Part shown: positions 1-10,703 of the stretch, piece by piece | Numbering within the stretch: position 1 is the stretch's first letter | Layout of the letters: every line of letters begins with the position of its first letter | Assembly (NCBI GenBank): GCA_963804645.1 | Contig: CAWDRG010000009.1 | Span: 800,001 to 864,000 of the forward strand | Length of the DNA stretch: 64,000 nt | Source of the DNA: an uncultured Bacillota bacterium | GTDB lineage: Bacteria; Sysuimicrobiota; Sysuimicrobiia; Sysuimicrobiales; Segetimicrobiaceae | Reading direction: 5' to 3' | The notes under the pieces: generated by a model | What the model saw: only the letters and a program-made list of their open reading frames with translations | Database searches by the model: none | Told to the model about the DNA's origin: nothing | Program-made: the position numbers and the translations under genes

Positions 1-289
1 CCAGATTGTCACATGCCGGCTCGTCGCCACATCACCGGCTCGCACGGTGCCGAATCAGGTCGCGCAGCTGGAGCAGGGCGGTGCCAAGAAAGGCGAACGC
101 CCGGCCTTTTTTGACGGAGCGTTTGTGCCGACGGCCGTGTACGATCGATACCGTCTCGCGCCTGGGGCCGCGCTTGTCGGCCCGGCGGCCATCGAGGAGC
201 GTGAATCGACGGCGCTCGTTCCTCCAGGTGCGACCGCGCGCGTGGACGAGCACCTGAACCTGATGATCAGTCTGCCGGAGGGGACGTAG
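1..289 (+). CDS. hydantoinase/oxoprolinase subunit A, C-terminal part (cut by window edge)
   Basis: C-terminal motif 'VYDRYRLAPGAALVGPAAIEERESTALVPPG...VDEHLNL'; directly upstream of a subunit B gene. Confidence 0.85.
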   Translation, partial: QIVTCRLVATSPARTVPNQVAQLEQGGAKKGERPAFFDGAFVPTAVYDRYRLAPGAALVGPAAIEERESTALVPPGATARVDEHLNLMISLPEGT

Positions 290-290
290 G

Positions 291-1922
291 ATGTCGGCGC
301 CGCGCGTGCAGATCGATCCCGTGACCCTCGAGATCTATTGGAACCGCCTGATTACCGTGATGGGTGAGACGGATTTGACGCTACTTCGGACGGCGATGTC
401 TACGATCGTAAGCGAGGCGAAGGACTTTGCCTTTGTGCTGCTCGATGCCGACGGCAACGGTCTCGCCCAGTCGATCGACAGTCTCACCGTCTTTACCGGC
501 ATCCTCCCCTATACTGCGCGGCATCTGTTGAGTATATTCCCGCCCGAGGAACTGCAAGACGGCGACGTGCTGCTGACGAACGACCCCTGGATTGGCGCTG
601 GGCACCTTCCTGACTTCTGCTTCGTGAAGCCGGTGTTCCACGCGGGCCGTATTGTCGCCTACATGACGTGCCTGGTCCATATGGCGGACGTGGCGGGGTC
701 GTTGAGCTACTTCGGCGCCCGCGACGTCTTTGAGGAAGGCGTGAACCTTCCACCCTGCAAGCTCTACCGCGCCGGCCAGCCCAGCGCGGAGATCCTCGCG
801 ATCATTCGAGCCAACTCGCGCGTGCCCGAGATCTCGATCGGTGACGTGCGGGCGGTCATCTCCGCGCTGCACGTGGCGACCGAGCGCCTCCGGGAATTTC
901 TGGACGATTACAACCTCCCCGGGCTGCAGGATGTCTCCGCGAGCATCCGACAGCGGTCCGAGGACGTCATGCGCCAGGCGCTGCGTGTGATCCCGCCTAG
1001 GACCTACAGTCACGCGGTGACCATCGACGGGTTTGGGGACGACACCGTGACGATCGCGGTGAACATCTCCGTGCGCGATGGAACGGCGACGATCGACTAT
1101 GCGGGCAGCTCGGCGGAGACGTTCACCGGCGCGATCAACGTGTGTCTGAACTATACACGCGGCAGCACGCTCGCGGCGATCAAATCGGCTCTGACGCCCG
1201 AGATTCCAAGCAACGAAGGGCTGTTTCAGCCGATCGCGGTGCTTGCGCCCGTGGGGTCGATCCTCAACTGTCGCAGTCCGGTTCCGGTCCGTGGAAGGTC
1301 GGCCGTGGCCGTACACGCGTGCGAGGCCATCTTCGGTGCACTGACCCCGGCGATCCCGGACAGAGTCATGGCGGGGAGCGGTACCTTCTGGGGCGTGTGG
1401 ATGACCGGCCGCTTTGACGACGGGCGGCCGTTCAGCGCGGCGATGCTGCCCAACGGCGGTATGGGGGCCAGCGGGCGCAAAGATGGGCTTTCGACGACCG
1501 CGTTCCCCTGGAACAGCATGGTGACGCCGACAGAAATTCTTGAGAATCAAGTACCTCTATACCTAGAGCGCAAGGAGTTGCTGCCGCGTTCCTCGGGCGA
1601 CGGGCGTTTCCGAGGCGGCCTCGGTCAGCGTCTCGTGTTTCGTCCGAGGGGCGACACGCCGGTGACGATGTCGCTGCGGCCGGTGAACCTGCGCTTTCCG
1701 CCGCCCGGATTGATGGGCGGGGACCCCGGGACGTTGGGACGCGTCCTCCTGAACGGCCGATCTGCGACGGAGACGGTATTTACACTGCGCGCGGGGGACG
1801 TACTGGTCTGCGAGCTGCCCGGCGGCGGCGGGTTCGGGTCCGCATCGCAGCGCAGCGATGATTCGCGCTCGCGAGACACGGAGCTCGGCTATGCCGCGCC
1901 CGCGCCGGGGGGTAGTGAGTGA
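291..1922 (+). CDS. hydantoinase B/oxoprolinase family protein
   Basis: 'DPVTLEI', 'NDPWIGAGHLPD', 'HMADVAG', 'GRFRGGLG', 'PGGGGFG' motifs. Confidence 0.92.
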   Translation: MSAPRVQIDPVTLEIYWNRLITVMGETDLTLLRTAMSTIVSEAKDFAFVLLDADGNGLAQSIDSLTVFTGILPYTARHLLSIFPPEELQDGDVLLTNDPWIGAGHLPDFCFVKPVFHAGRIVAYMTCLVHMADVAGSLSYFGARDVFEEGVNLPPCKLYRAGQPSAEILAIIRANSRVPEISIGDVRAVISALHVATERLREFLDDYNLPGLQDVSASIRQRSEDVMRQALRVIPPRTYSHAVTIDGFGDDTVTIAVNISVRDGTATIDYAGSSAETFTGAINVCLNYTRGSTLAAIKSALTPEIPSNEGLFQPIAVLAPVGSILNCRSPVPVRGRSAVAVHACEAIFGALTPAIPDRVMAGSGTFWGVWMTGRFDDGRPFSAAMLPNGGMGASGRKDGLSTTAFPWNSMVTPTEILENQVPLYLERKELLPRSSGDGRFRGGLGQRLVFRPRGDTPVTMSLRPVNLRFPPPGLMGGDPGTLGRVLLNGRSATETVFTLRAGDVLVCELPGGGGFGSASQRSDDSRSRDTELGYAAPAPGGSE

Positions 1923-1987
1923 ACGGGCGCGTGCACGAGAGAAGCGCCGAACGAGTCCGTTCTTCTTTCTAGCGGAGGGTCGTCACC

Positions 1988-4318
1988 ATGGTGGATCGGT
2001 CCGCCGGCGTGTCGCAGCAGGGCGCGGTGGGACGTTTCGCGGCGCTTGAGGCGATCCAAGACCGCATCTTGTGGTTGAGCATGCTGATGATTCACCATGC
2101 AAATCGGGTGCGGCCCAACCCCAGCGGTCTAAAAGTCGGGGGGCACCAGGCGTCCAGCGCGTCCGTGGTCTCGCTCATGACCTCACTGTTTTTCGATTTC
2201 ATGCGGCCGGGAGACCGGATATCGGTCAAGCCGCACGCAGCGCCGGTGCTCCACGCCGTCCACTACCTGCTGGGCAATCTTGACCGGCGGTATTTGACCA
2301 CGCTTCGTGCATTCCACGGTCTGCAGGCGTACCCGAGCCGCACCAAGGATCCGTTTCCGGTCGACTTCTCCACGGGGTCCGTTGGATTGGGCGCCGTCGC
2401 GCCGAACTTTGCCGCGTTGGCGAGCCGCTACGTCCACGCGCACTTTGGGTGCCCCGAGGAGACGGGCCACCGGTTCATTTCGCTGATTGGAGACGCCGAG
2501 CTCGACGAAGGGTCCATTTGGGAGGCGGTGGCCGAGCCGGCGCTGACGCAGTTGGACGACGTGATCTGGGTCGTCGATTTGAATCGCCAGTCCCTCGACC
2601 GGGTTGTGCCCGGGTTGCGTGTGCGGCAGCTGGAAGCGATGTTCCAAGCCAACGGCTGGAAGGTCATCGAGGCCAAATACGGGCGGCAGCTGACTGAGGC
2701 GTTCCGGCGGCCCGGCGGCGACGCGCTGCGCCGGCGGATCGATGAGATGTCGAACGAGGAATATCAGTACCTTCTTCGTGCCGGTGTCTCCGTGGTGCGC
2801 CGGGAACTCGGAGAAGATCTTCTTGCCGATCGATCGGACGGTGCCGTAAGGAGGCTCCTCGGCGATCTCGGCGGACATGATCTGCAGGTCCTTCACGACG
2901 CCCTTGCCGACGCCGATGCCGTGCGGGGGCCCTCGGTGATATTTGCCTACACCATTAAGGGGTGGAGGCTGCCCATTGCGGGAGATCCGCTGAACCATTC
3001 GGCCCTTCTGACATCCGAGCAAATGGACACGCTTCGGAATCAGCTTGGAATTCCGGCCGATGACGTATGGGCGACGTTCCCGGCGGATAGCGAGGAATCG
3101 CGAGTGTGCCGGGAGACGGGGCTGACGGTGGACGCGGCCGCGCGCCGCCCCCACTCGGTCGAGGACGTACCTGACGATCTTGGCCGGGAGTATGGGGATG
3201 TGACGTCGACCCAAGGGGCGTTCGGACAGATTCTCACCACGCTCCTGCGGGTCTCTCCGGGCGTCGCACGCCGGGTCGTGACGGTGAGCCCGGATGTCGC
3301 GATTTCCACGAACTTGGGGGGATGGATCAACCGCGTCGGCGTATGGCATCCGACGGACGATCAAGACCCCTTTACCGTGCTTGGACCACGTCTCATCCAG
3401 TGGAATCGCAAGCCGCAGGGACAGCATATCGAGCTGGGGATCTCTGAGACAAACCTGCTCATGGCGCTGGGGCAGCTCGGTCTCGCCGGGGAGAGGACAG
3501 GAGAACCGCTCCTTGCCATTGGCACGCTGTACGATCCGTTTGTGGCCCGCGCTCTCGATGCCTTCGTATACGGCATTTACTCAGGCAGCCGATTCGTGTT
3601 GGTGGGGACCCCCTCGGGAGTGACACTGGCTCCCGAAGGTGGGGCCCATCAGTCAATCGTGACCCCGCTCGTTGGGGAAGGGTTGCCCGGGGTACTGTAC
3701 CACGAGCCGTGTTTTGCGCTTGAACTCGAGTGGCTTCTCCTGGACGCCCTTCGGGCGCTGTATAGTGCCGACGGCGGCCGGGCAACGTACTTCCGGCTCA
3801 GCACGGCGGTCGTCGACCAAACACTGCTTCCCGGGACCGATCGCGAACAACTGCGCAAGAAGGTTCTCTCGGGGGCCTACCGCCTCGTCGATCGTGCCGC
3901 GGACCCCGGATGCCAACCGGGCAGAAACACGGTCGAGATCTGGGCCACCGGCGTCATGGTGCCCGGGGCGGTGCGGGCCTCCGAGGAGCTCCTTCAGGAT
4001 GGCATCTATGCGAATGTGGTGAACTGTGTGAGTCCGGGCCTTGTCTATAGGACCTGGCAGGACGCGACCCACGAGAGCCTCAAGCACCTGCGGCCTGCAC
4101 CGGTACAGATGCCGGTGAGTGGTCCGGTGGTTACGGTTATTGACGCCCACCCCGCGGCCCTGGCCTGGGTCGGCAGCATGCTCGGACGAAAGGCGTATCC
4201 ATTAGGTGTGGTGCGTTTCGGTGAGTCCGGGCTGCCCGCGGACTTGTACCAAGCCTGCAAGATTGATTGGGAATCGATCTACGCAGCGTGCTGTGTTGCA
4301 CTGAAAGAAGCACAGTAG
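1988..4318 (+). CDS. AceE-like ThDP-dependent 2-oxoacid dehydrogenase E1 (transketolase-like)
   Basis: 'KVGGHQASSAS', 'FSTGSVGLG', ThDP motif 'GDAELDEG...DLNRQSLD', 'HIELGISE', 'APEGGAHQS'; GGAGG RBS. Confidence 0.88.
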   Translation: MVDRSAGVSQQGAVGRFAALEAIQDRILWLSMLMIHHANRVRPNPSGLKVGGHQASSASVVSLMTSLFFDFMRPGDRISVKPHAAPVLHAVHYLLGNLDRRYLTTLRAFHGLQAYPSRTKDPFPVDFSTGSVGLGAVAPNFAALASRYVHAHFGCPEETGHRFISLIGDAELDEGSIWEAVAEPALTQLDDVIWVVDLNRQSLDRVVPGLRVRQLEAMFQANGWKVIEAKYGRQLTEAFRRPGGDALRRRIDEMSNEEYQYLLRAGVSVVRRELGEDLLADRSDGAVRRLLGDLGGHDLQVLHDALADADAVRGPSVIFAYTIKGWRLPIAGDPLNHSALLTSEQMDTLRNQLGIPADDVWATFPADSEESRVCRETGLTVDAAARRPHSVEDVPDDLGREYGDVTSTQGAFGQILTTLLRVSPGVARRVVTVSPDVAISTNLGGWINRVGVWHPTDDQDPFTVLGPRLIQWNRKPQGQHIELGISETNLLMALGQLGLAGERTGEPLLAIGTLYDPFVARALDAFVYGIYSGSRFVLVGTPSGVTLAPEGGAHQSIVTPLVGEGLPGVLYHEPCFALELEWLLLDALRALYSADGGRATYFRLSTAVVDQTLLPGTDREQLRKKVLSGAYRLVDRAADPGCQPGRNTVEIWATGVMVPGAVRASEELLQDGIYANVVNCVSPGLVYRTWQDATHESLKHLRPAPVQMPVSGPVVTVIDAHPAALAWVGSMLGRKAYPLGVVRFGESGLPADLYQACKIDWESIYAACCVALKEAQ

Positions 4319-4387
4319 GCGCCGCAGCGGAATGCGCACACCATCGGAGTACGAGAGTCTCGGGCCGAAGCCGACGGGAGTGATCGC

Positions 4388-5827
4388 ATGGTGACTGATA
4401 TCGCCTCTCCAGTCGAGGCTCCGACAGCGGCGATTGCTGATTTCGTGGTCAACATGCAGTTTCGGGACATCCCCCGATTCGTCGTTGTGAGCGCGTGTCA
4501 ATGTGTGATCGACAGCGTCGCCAACTCGATCGGCGGGGCCGCCCTCGAGCCGGGGCGCATCGTCGTGGATTACATATCCGCGATGGGCGGGGCGAGGGAA
4601 TCGAGTATTCTCGCCACGGGCCTGCGGGTGCCGTCAGCCCTCGCGGCGTTCGTAAACAGTCACCTCGTGAACGTGCTTGATTTCGATGACACCTTTGAGT
4701 ACATTGCACACCCAGGTGCAACAGCCATTCCTCCTGCCCTTGCGGTGGCGGAGAGGGTTCACGCGTCCGGCGAGGCGCTTCTGACCGCGATTGTGGCGGC
4801 GTACGAAGTGTCGTTGCGTATTGGCTTGGCGATTCAGCCGTCGGCGCAGCGGCACCGAGACGTCTTTGGTCTCGGCACCTGGCAAACGTTCGGGGCGGTG
4901 ACCGCCGCGGCGAAGTTGCTTCATCTTGACGCCGACGCGGTTCGACATGCATTTGGGCTCGCCGGATCCGTGGCTCCGGTACCCCACTGTCGCAAACTGG
5001 GGCTTGAGCGGGAGGAGCGTCCGTTTGCGTGGGGCAAGAACAACTATCATTATGCGTCGCTCGCGGGCGTGACCGCCGCGGACCTGGCCAGCAGAGGTTT
5101 TTTGGGAAATCGGTTCGTCCTTGACGGACCGCATGGGTTCTGGCGGATGGCTGCGTCCGACCAATGCGATTGGCGCCAATTTACCGCGGGCCTTGGCGAG
5201 GATTGGTTGCTACCCCGCACCTCGATGAAGCCGTACGCTGGGTGCCGATGGACGCATTCCAGCATCGATGTGGCATTGCGGCTGGCCGGCCGGTTTCCAC
5301 CTGATCGGATACGGCACATCCAAGTGTTCACGTTTTACGAGGGCCAAGTGAGCCTCTCCGCAGCACACCCGCAAAACATCATCGACGCGCAGTTTTCCCT
5401 CCCATACCTGCTGGCCCTGTGTTTTCTCGGACGATCGCCAGATCGCGGGTTGCGCGAAGGGGACTTGACCGATCCGATGGTTCGCGCGTTGGCGACTCGC
5501 ATTCGAGTCATAGAGGATCCGGCGTTCACAGAAGCCTACCATCTGCGAAAGGTTACGCCGAGCCGGCTGATCGTCGAGCTGGAGGATGGTGCCATCCTTG
5601 AGGAGTACTGCGAAGTCCCCCGTGGCGCTCCCACGGACCCGGTGTCACCCGAGGAAACGCAGGCCAAGTTTAACTCGTTGGCAACGCCGTTGTTGGGGAC
5701 CCGGCGAGCGCAGCGCGCACTCTCGGGCATGCTCGCGTTAGACGCCGTTGCCGACGTGACCGCATGGGTTCGGTCGTGGGCCGGGTCTGGCAGACGCGGC
5801 AAGGCGGGATCAACTGCGGTTGGATAA
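4388..5827 (+). CDS. MmgE/PrpD family protein
   Basis: 'LDFDDT...HPGAT', 'KPYAGCRWTHS', 'AQFSLPY', 'PRGAP' motifs. Confidence 0.9.
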   Translation: MVTDIASPVEAPTAAIADFVVNMQFRDIPRFVVVSACQCVIDSVANSIGGAALEPGRIVVDYISAMGGARESSILATGLRVPSALAAFVNSHLVNVLDFDDTFEYIAHPGATAIPPALAVAERVHASGEALLTAIVAAYEVSLRIGLAIQPSAQRHRDVFGLGTWQTFGAVTAAAKLLHLDADAVRHAFGLAGSVAPVPHCRKLGLEREERPFAWGKNNYHYASLAGVTAADLASRGFLGNRFVLDGPHGFWRMAASDQCDWRQFTAGLGEDWLLPRTSMKPYAGCRWTHSSIDVALRLAGRFPPDRIRHIQVFTFYEGQVSLSAAHPQNIIDAQFSLPYLLALCFLGRSPDRGLREGDLTDPMVRALATRIRVIEDPAFTEAYHLRKVTPSRLIVELEDGAILEEYCEVPRGAPTDPVSPEETQAKFNSLATPLLGTRRAQRALSGMLALDAVADVTAWVRSWAGSGRRGKAGSTAVG

Positions 5828-5967
5828 TTTGCCGGCGGCGGGCGGATCCACAATTTGTGGGAGCACACGCGGTTTCCACCCAAGCGCGCTCCCGGCGATA
5901 TGTCTTGGGTGTTGAAACGGAGACGTTCATCCAGCTTCTATATCTCGTCACGCACGGGTGTTCGCAG

Positions 5968-5996
5968 TTGACACCATTCGGACTACTTTCTATTAT
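5968..5996 (+). promoter_or_regulatory. sigma70-type promoter of the GntR operon
   Basis: TTGACA (5968-5973), 17 bp spacer, TATTAT (5991-5996). Confidence 0.75.
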
Positions 5997-6007
5997 GAAT
6001 CAATCCT

Positions 6008-6022
6008 GTCGACCGGGTCGAC
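6008..6022. promoter_or_regulatory. putative GntR (FCD) operator
   Basis: Palindrome GTCGAC-CGG-GTCGAC between the promoter and the ATG at 6025. Confidence 0.55.
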
Positions 6023-6024
6023 TA

Positions 6025-6747
6025 ATGCCTAGGCACTCAGGCAAGTTGGGCGTTCTGCCACGCGTAGCTCCGGACGGGAGCCGGTTGTCAGACCGAATCG
6101 CCGACACCCTTCTCCAAGAGATTCTATCCAATCAGATCGCGCCCGGCGATGCCCTGTCGGAATCGAGACTTGCCGCTCGCTTCGGGACTAGCCGGGCCCC
6201 CGTGAGGGAGGCGCTCCAACGGCTCGAACGTGAGTGTGTAGTCGCCATCATCCCCCGGGTGGGCGCGCGCGCTCAGGCGTTCACCGCGCAGAGCGCAAAC
6301 GACCTGTACGATTTGCGGATCGCTTTGGAGTCGCATGCGCTTCGCCGCTCAGCGCTCAGCCCAGAAGAGTTGGAACAGTTACACCGGATCGTGGCGGAAA
6401 TGGAAAGAGCGGCACGCATGCACAAGATTCGGGATGTTGTGGAGTATGACCTCAGTTTCCACGAGGCAGTCTGTCGGTTTTCCGGCAATCAGCGACTCGT
6501 GGAAGCGTGGCTACCATTGCGCCGAAATGCAAAAGCTCTATATTTTTTCATGATGAGCCGCATCCCCGTAGACGTGGGCGCGCTTCCGCAATCTCACAAG
6601 GCTATTATCGGGGCGTTGAGCACTGGCGACACGGAACACGCCGCGCGGTTGCTGACCGAGCACATCGAACAAACCCGCTCGGAACTCGTTAGTCTGCTGG
6701 GACGTGACGAAGAGCGCACCGTGGCGCGTTTACCGGGTACGGTGTAG
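6025..6747 (+). CDS. GntR family transcriptional regulator (FCD domain)
   Basis: wHTH 'LSESRLAARFGTSRAPVREALQRLE'; FCD 'DLSFHEAVCRFSGNQRL...HKAII'; start chosen downstream of the promoter. Confidence 0.9.
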   Translation: MPRHSGKLGVLPRVAPDGSRLSDRIADTLLQEILSNQIAPGDALSESRLAARFGTSRAPVREALQRLERECVVAIIPRVGARAQAFTAQSANDLYDLRIALESHALRRSALSPEELEQLHRIVAEMERAARMHKIRDVVEYDLSFHEAVCRFSGNQRLVEAWLPLRRNAKALYFFMMSRIPVDVGALPQSHKAIIGALSTGDTEHAARLLTEHIEQTRSELVSLLGRDEERTVARLPGTV

Positions 6748-6787
6748 TAGCCTGTACTGACTTGTTCTCTCGGGATAGGAGAGACGC

Positions 6788-8848
6788 GTGGAGGCACTGG
6801 GCTCCGGATACGTAGTGGGAGTCGAGATCGGTGGCACGTTCACCGATATTATCCTGCTCGGCGAACATGGGATCGTTGAAACCGCTAAGGTTCCCACCAC
6901 GCCGCGGAATCCCGCGGAGGGCGCGTTAGCGGGTCTGTTGCAGTTGTCCGTCCCGCTGTCGGCACTGCGCGCCGTGGTCCATGGGTCCACGATCGCGACG
7001 AACTCGCTTCTGGAGCGCAAAGGGGCGACGACAGCGCTGTTGATGACCGAGGGGTTCAGGGACGTTCTGGAGATTCAGCGGGAAGAACGCGACCGGATAT
7101 ATGATCTTCGCTACCAGAAGCCACAGCCGCTCGTACCGCGCGAGCGTGTGCTGCCCGTGCGCGAACGCGTTGACGGCGCGGGGCGCATCATTTGTCCCTT
7201 GGAGCTGGGCGGCATCCAAGCCGCGATTAATGAACTCATCGAGAAGGAACACGTGGATTCGATTGCCATTTGTCTGCTGAACTCCTATCTGTACCCGAGG
7301 CACGAACAGCAGTTAGCGGAGCTCATTCGCCGGTGCCACCCGGATCTTCATATTTCCATCTCCTCTGACGTGCTGCCCGAGTTCAGAGAATACTACCGTG
7401 CGAACACTACCGTGATCGATGCGTTCGTGACGCCGAAGGTGAGTGCGTATGTCGGCGCCATGGGGGCAAAAATGTCCGACGAGGGGTTGCGGGGAGAGTT
7501 CATTGTCATGCAGTCGAATGGCGGGATCCTTCCGGCGGAAGCTGCGCGAACCCATGGTGCGTGGATTCTGCTATCGGGGCCGGCCGCGGGAGCGGTAGCG
7601 GCCGCTTCGATTGGGACGGAGGCCGGCTATCCAAACGTCATCTCCCTGGATATGGGAGGGACGAGCGCGGACGTGTGCCTGGTTACCTCGGGCGTCCCCC
7701 ACCTGACGACGGAGACGGAGATCGATCACCTGCCGATTGGGTTGCCCATGACGGATATTGCAACCATCGGGGCCGGCGGAGGCAGTATCGCCCGTATCGA
7801 CGACGGGGGGATGCTCACAGTCGGACCCGAGAGCGCAGGCGCCGACCCCGGTCCGGCTTGTTACGGACGTGATGGTCGCGATGCCACAGTGACCGACGCG
7901 AACGTGCTGCGAGGGTTGATCCGCCCAAAGTCGTTCCTGGGCGGACGGATGCCGCTCCTTCCTGAGCGCTCTCGGACGGTGTGTGCGCCACTTGCCCAGC
8001 GGTTGGCGAGAGATATTGAAGATGCGGCCGAGGCGGTGTGCCGGGTGGTTAACGCCAATATGGCGCAGGCGATCCGGGTCGTCTCCGTGTCCCGCGGGCA
8101 TGATCCGAGAGATTTCGTGCTCGTTGCGTTTGGCGGTGCGGGTCCGCTTCATGCCGCGGACCTCGCCGAGGAGCTCGAATTGGAGCGGGTACTGGTCCCA
8201 CGCCATCCGGGACTTCTCTCCGCGTACGGCCTGCTGGTCGCAGACTTTCGCCGGGACTACGTGCAGACTCGCGTCTCTCCGGCGGCCCAGACGACGAGCG
8301 CGGAAATCCTGGATCAATTCGACAGGCTAGAAGTTCGAGGGCGGGAAGAGTGCGGTCGGTATCGGTCGATTTCCCACATTGCGCCGGTGGGAATGTCGCT
8401 TGACATGCGCTACCACGGGCAGGCGTACGAGTTGATGGTTCCGGTCACGCGACGAGACTTTGCCGCGTCGGATCTCGGTTGGTTGTCCGACCGCTTTCAT
8501 ACCGCTCACAAGCTGCGTTACGGACACGCCTCCCCGCGTGACGCCGTCGAGATCGTGAATTACCGGCTATCGCTCGGGGCCCCAGGTGGTCTGACGAGTT
8601 TGCGCGAGACGGCGCTGCCCAATGGAAATCGGGAGACGAAACATCAGACCACGCCTGACGCGACGGGCCGTGTCTACCACAACGGAGAATGGGTCCCCGC
8701 AGCATATTGGCGCCGCGAGCAACTTAGCAGTGGGCAATGCTGTCAGGGGCCGTGCGTGATCGAGGAACCGACCGCGACGACCTATGTGCCTGCCGCCTGG
8801 CAGGCGGCAGTAGATCACCGCTACAATCTTCTCCTGACACGCAAATGA
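6788..8848 (+). CDS. hydantoinase/oxoprolinase subunit A
   Basis: 'EIGGTFTD', 'HGSTIATN', 'LSGPAAG', 'DMGGTSAD', 'GPESAGADPGPACY', 'FGGAGPLH'. Confidence 0.93.
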   Translation: MEALGSGYVVGVEIGGTFTDIILLGEHGIVETAKVPTTPRNPAEGALAGLLQLSVPLSALRAVVHGSTIATNSLLERKGATTALLMTEGFRDVLEIQREERDRIYDLRYQKPQPLVPRERVLPVRERVDGAGRIICPLELGGIQAAINELIEKEHVDSIAICLLNSYLYPRHEQQLAELIRRCHPDLHISISSDVLPEFREYYRANTTVIDAFVTPKVSAYVGAMGAKMSDEGLRGEFIVMQSNGGILPAEAARTHGAWILLSGPAAGAVAAASIGTEAGYPNVISLDMGGTSADVCLVTSGVPHLTTETEIDHLPIGLPMTDIATIGAGGGSIARIDDGGMLTVGPESAGADPGPACYGRDGRDATVTDANVLRGLIRPKSFLGGRMPLLPERSRTVCAPLAQRLARDIEDAAEAVCRVVNANMAQAIRVVSVSRGHDPRDFVLVAFGGAGPLHAADLAEELELERVLVPRHPGLLSAYGLLVADFRRDYVQTRVSPAAQTTSAEILDQFDRLEVRGREECGRYRSISHIAPVGMSLDMRYHGQAYELMVPVTRRDFAASDLGWLSDRFHTAHKLRYGHASPRDAVEIVNYRLSLGAPGGLTSLRETALPNGNRETKHQTTPDATGRVYHNGEWVPAAYWRREQLSSGQCCQGPCVIEEPTATTYVPAAWQAAVDHRYNLLLTRK

Positions 8849-8927
8849 GCGACGGCACGTTTGGACCGAAGGGCTTCCGAACCGGGAGTGGCGCGGGATA
8901 GAAGAACGCCAGGGGGTCTCGACTGCC

Positions 8928-10622
8928 ATGCGGGAGACGACAACCGTAGTGGACGAGTTCCGACTCGACCCGGTGGACTTCAATGTCATCAGCCAAGTCA
9001 TCATGAGCATCCCGAAGGAAATGAGTGCGAATCTATTTCGCGTTGCCTATTCGACGATCGTCCGTGAGGCGAAGGACGCGTCGGTTGTGCTGATGGATGC
9101 GGCGGGGCAGATCGTGGCACAGTCTGACAACATGCCGTTCCATATGAATTCGGTCGGCGAGGCGTTCAAAGGGTGTGCCGCCAAGCATGACATGGCGACG
9201 CTGGAGCCCGATGAGGTGGTAGTACACAATGATCCGTATGCCGGCGGTCAACACTTACCTGACGTCTTTCTGTTCACCCCCGTTCGTGCCGACGGCCATC
9301 TGTTGGGTTTCTGCTGTACCGTCGCGCATCATCTCGATGTCGGTGGTGGCGGTCCTGGGTCGTTGAACCCCCTGGCGACCGATATCTTTGGTGAGGGAAT
9401 CGTGCTCTCGGCGGTCCGCGTCCGGGTGCCCGGCGATTTTGGAATTGGCACGCTTGGCGAAATCATCGCCTCGAACGTACGAGTCCCGGACAAGACGCTT
9501 GGGGATTTTAACGCGCAGTTGACGGCAAACCGGACGGGCACGCGGCGGATGCAGGACTTGGTACGAAAGTACGGCTTCGCCAAAGTGAAGGCGGTCATGG
9601 GAGAGATGATCACGTACTCGGAGCGTCGGACGCGCGCAGAAATCGCCAAGCTTCCGAGCGGCGTGTACAGTGCGGAGGAACGGGTCGACGACGACGGTTT
9701 TTCCGACCGGTCCTATCGCGTGTGTGTGACGGTTCGGTTGGAGGCGGGAGAGATCTACGTTGATTTTGCGGGTACCGACGGAACCGCGCGAGGCATTATC
9801 AACGCGCCACGGGCCTCGACCATTTCCGCGGTTTATCTTATCCTCAAGAATCTTCTCACGGGTCCTGACGTCCCTCCGAACGAGGGGTGCAATCGGCCGG
9901 TGCACATTTCAATTCCTCATGGGTGTTTACTCAATCCCTATTATCCCGCACCGGTGCGCGCGAGAGCCAACGTGTGTCAGCGCGTTGTGGACGCCATCAT
10001 GCAGGTCTTTTCACAGATCGACCCCGAACGAGCGGTCGCATGCTGTCACAACACCATTATCGCGGTCAATCTTAGCCGCCTGACTCCCGCCGGATGGTCG
10101 GTCTTTAGCGAGCCCCTGCGCGGCGGCTATGGGGCGAGCCGGGATGGTGACGGAGCATGTCAGTGCGGGACTCCGATTGACAACTGCCGTAGCACCGCGG
10201 TGGAACCGACTGAAACAGACTTTGGTTTCTTCCGACTCGTACGCTACGAGTTGCTGACCGACTCGATGGGGTACGGCACGCACAACGGTGCGCCGAGCGC
10301 GGTCCGAGAGTACGAGATCCTCGAGGACGGGGTCATTTTTACGTCCTTTTCCGACCGGCATAAGACGGCGCCGTGGGGTCTTTTTGGCGGCATGGCCGGG
10401 CGTTCGAATCGTTTTTCCGTCTTGCGGGGCGGAGAGGAGATCGTGCTGAAATCGAAGTCTTCATTCGAACTGAAGTCAGGCGACCGCCTGACGATTGTAA
10501 TCGGAGGCGCGGGGGGATATGGGGATCCGAAGCAACGTGCACGGGAGTTAGTGGAGCGTGACCTGCGGCAGGGACGGATATCACAGACCGTCGCAGCTGA
10601 GATTTATGGCTATCGCGGATAG
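8928..10622 (+). CDS. hydantoinase B/oxoprolinase family protein
   Basis: 'AYSTIVREAKD', 'NDPYAGGQHLPD', 'HHLDVGG', 'GAGGYGDP'. Confidence 0.93.
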   Translation: MRETTTVVDEFRLDPVDFNVISQVIMSIPKEMSANLFRVAYSTIVREAKDASVVLMDAAGQIVAQSDNMPFHMNSVGEAFKGCAAKHDMATLEPDEVVVHNDPYAGGQHLPDVFLFTPVRADGHLLGFCCTVAHHLDVGGGGPGSLNPLATDIFGEGIVLSAVRVRVPGDFGIGTLGEIIASNVRVPDKTLGDFNAQLTANRTGTRRMQDLVRKYGFAKVKAVMGEMITYSERRTRAEIAKLPSGVYSAEERVDDDGFSDRSYRVCVTVRLEAGEIYVDFAGTDGTARGIINAPRASTISAVYLILKNLLTGPDVPPNEGCNRPVHISIPHGCLLNPYYPAPVRARANVCQRVVDAIMQVFSQIDPERAVACCHNTIIAVNLSRLTPAGWSVFSEPLRGGYGASRDGDGACQCGTPIDNCRSTAVEPTETDFGFFRLVRYELLTDSMGYGTHNGAPSAVREYEILEDGVIFTSFSDRHKTAPWGLFGGMAGRSNRFSVLRGGEEIVLKSKSSFELKSGDRLTIVIGGAGGYGDPKQRARELVERDLRQGRISQTVAAEIYGYRG

Positions 10623-10703
10623 CAGCGCGGAGGGGCGGCACCGAAACGGTACGGGGATAGACACGTTTGGGTTTGCGCATCCACGCCACACGGGGGTGAC
10701 AAG

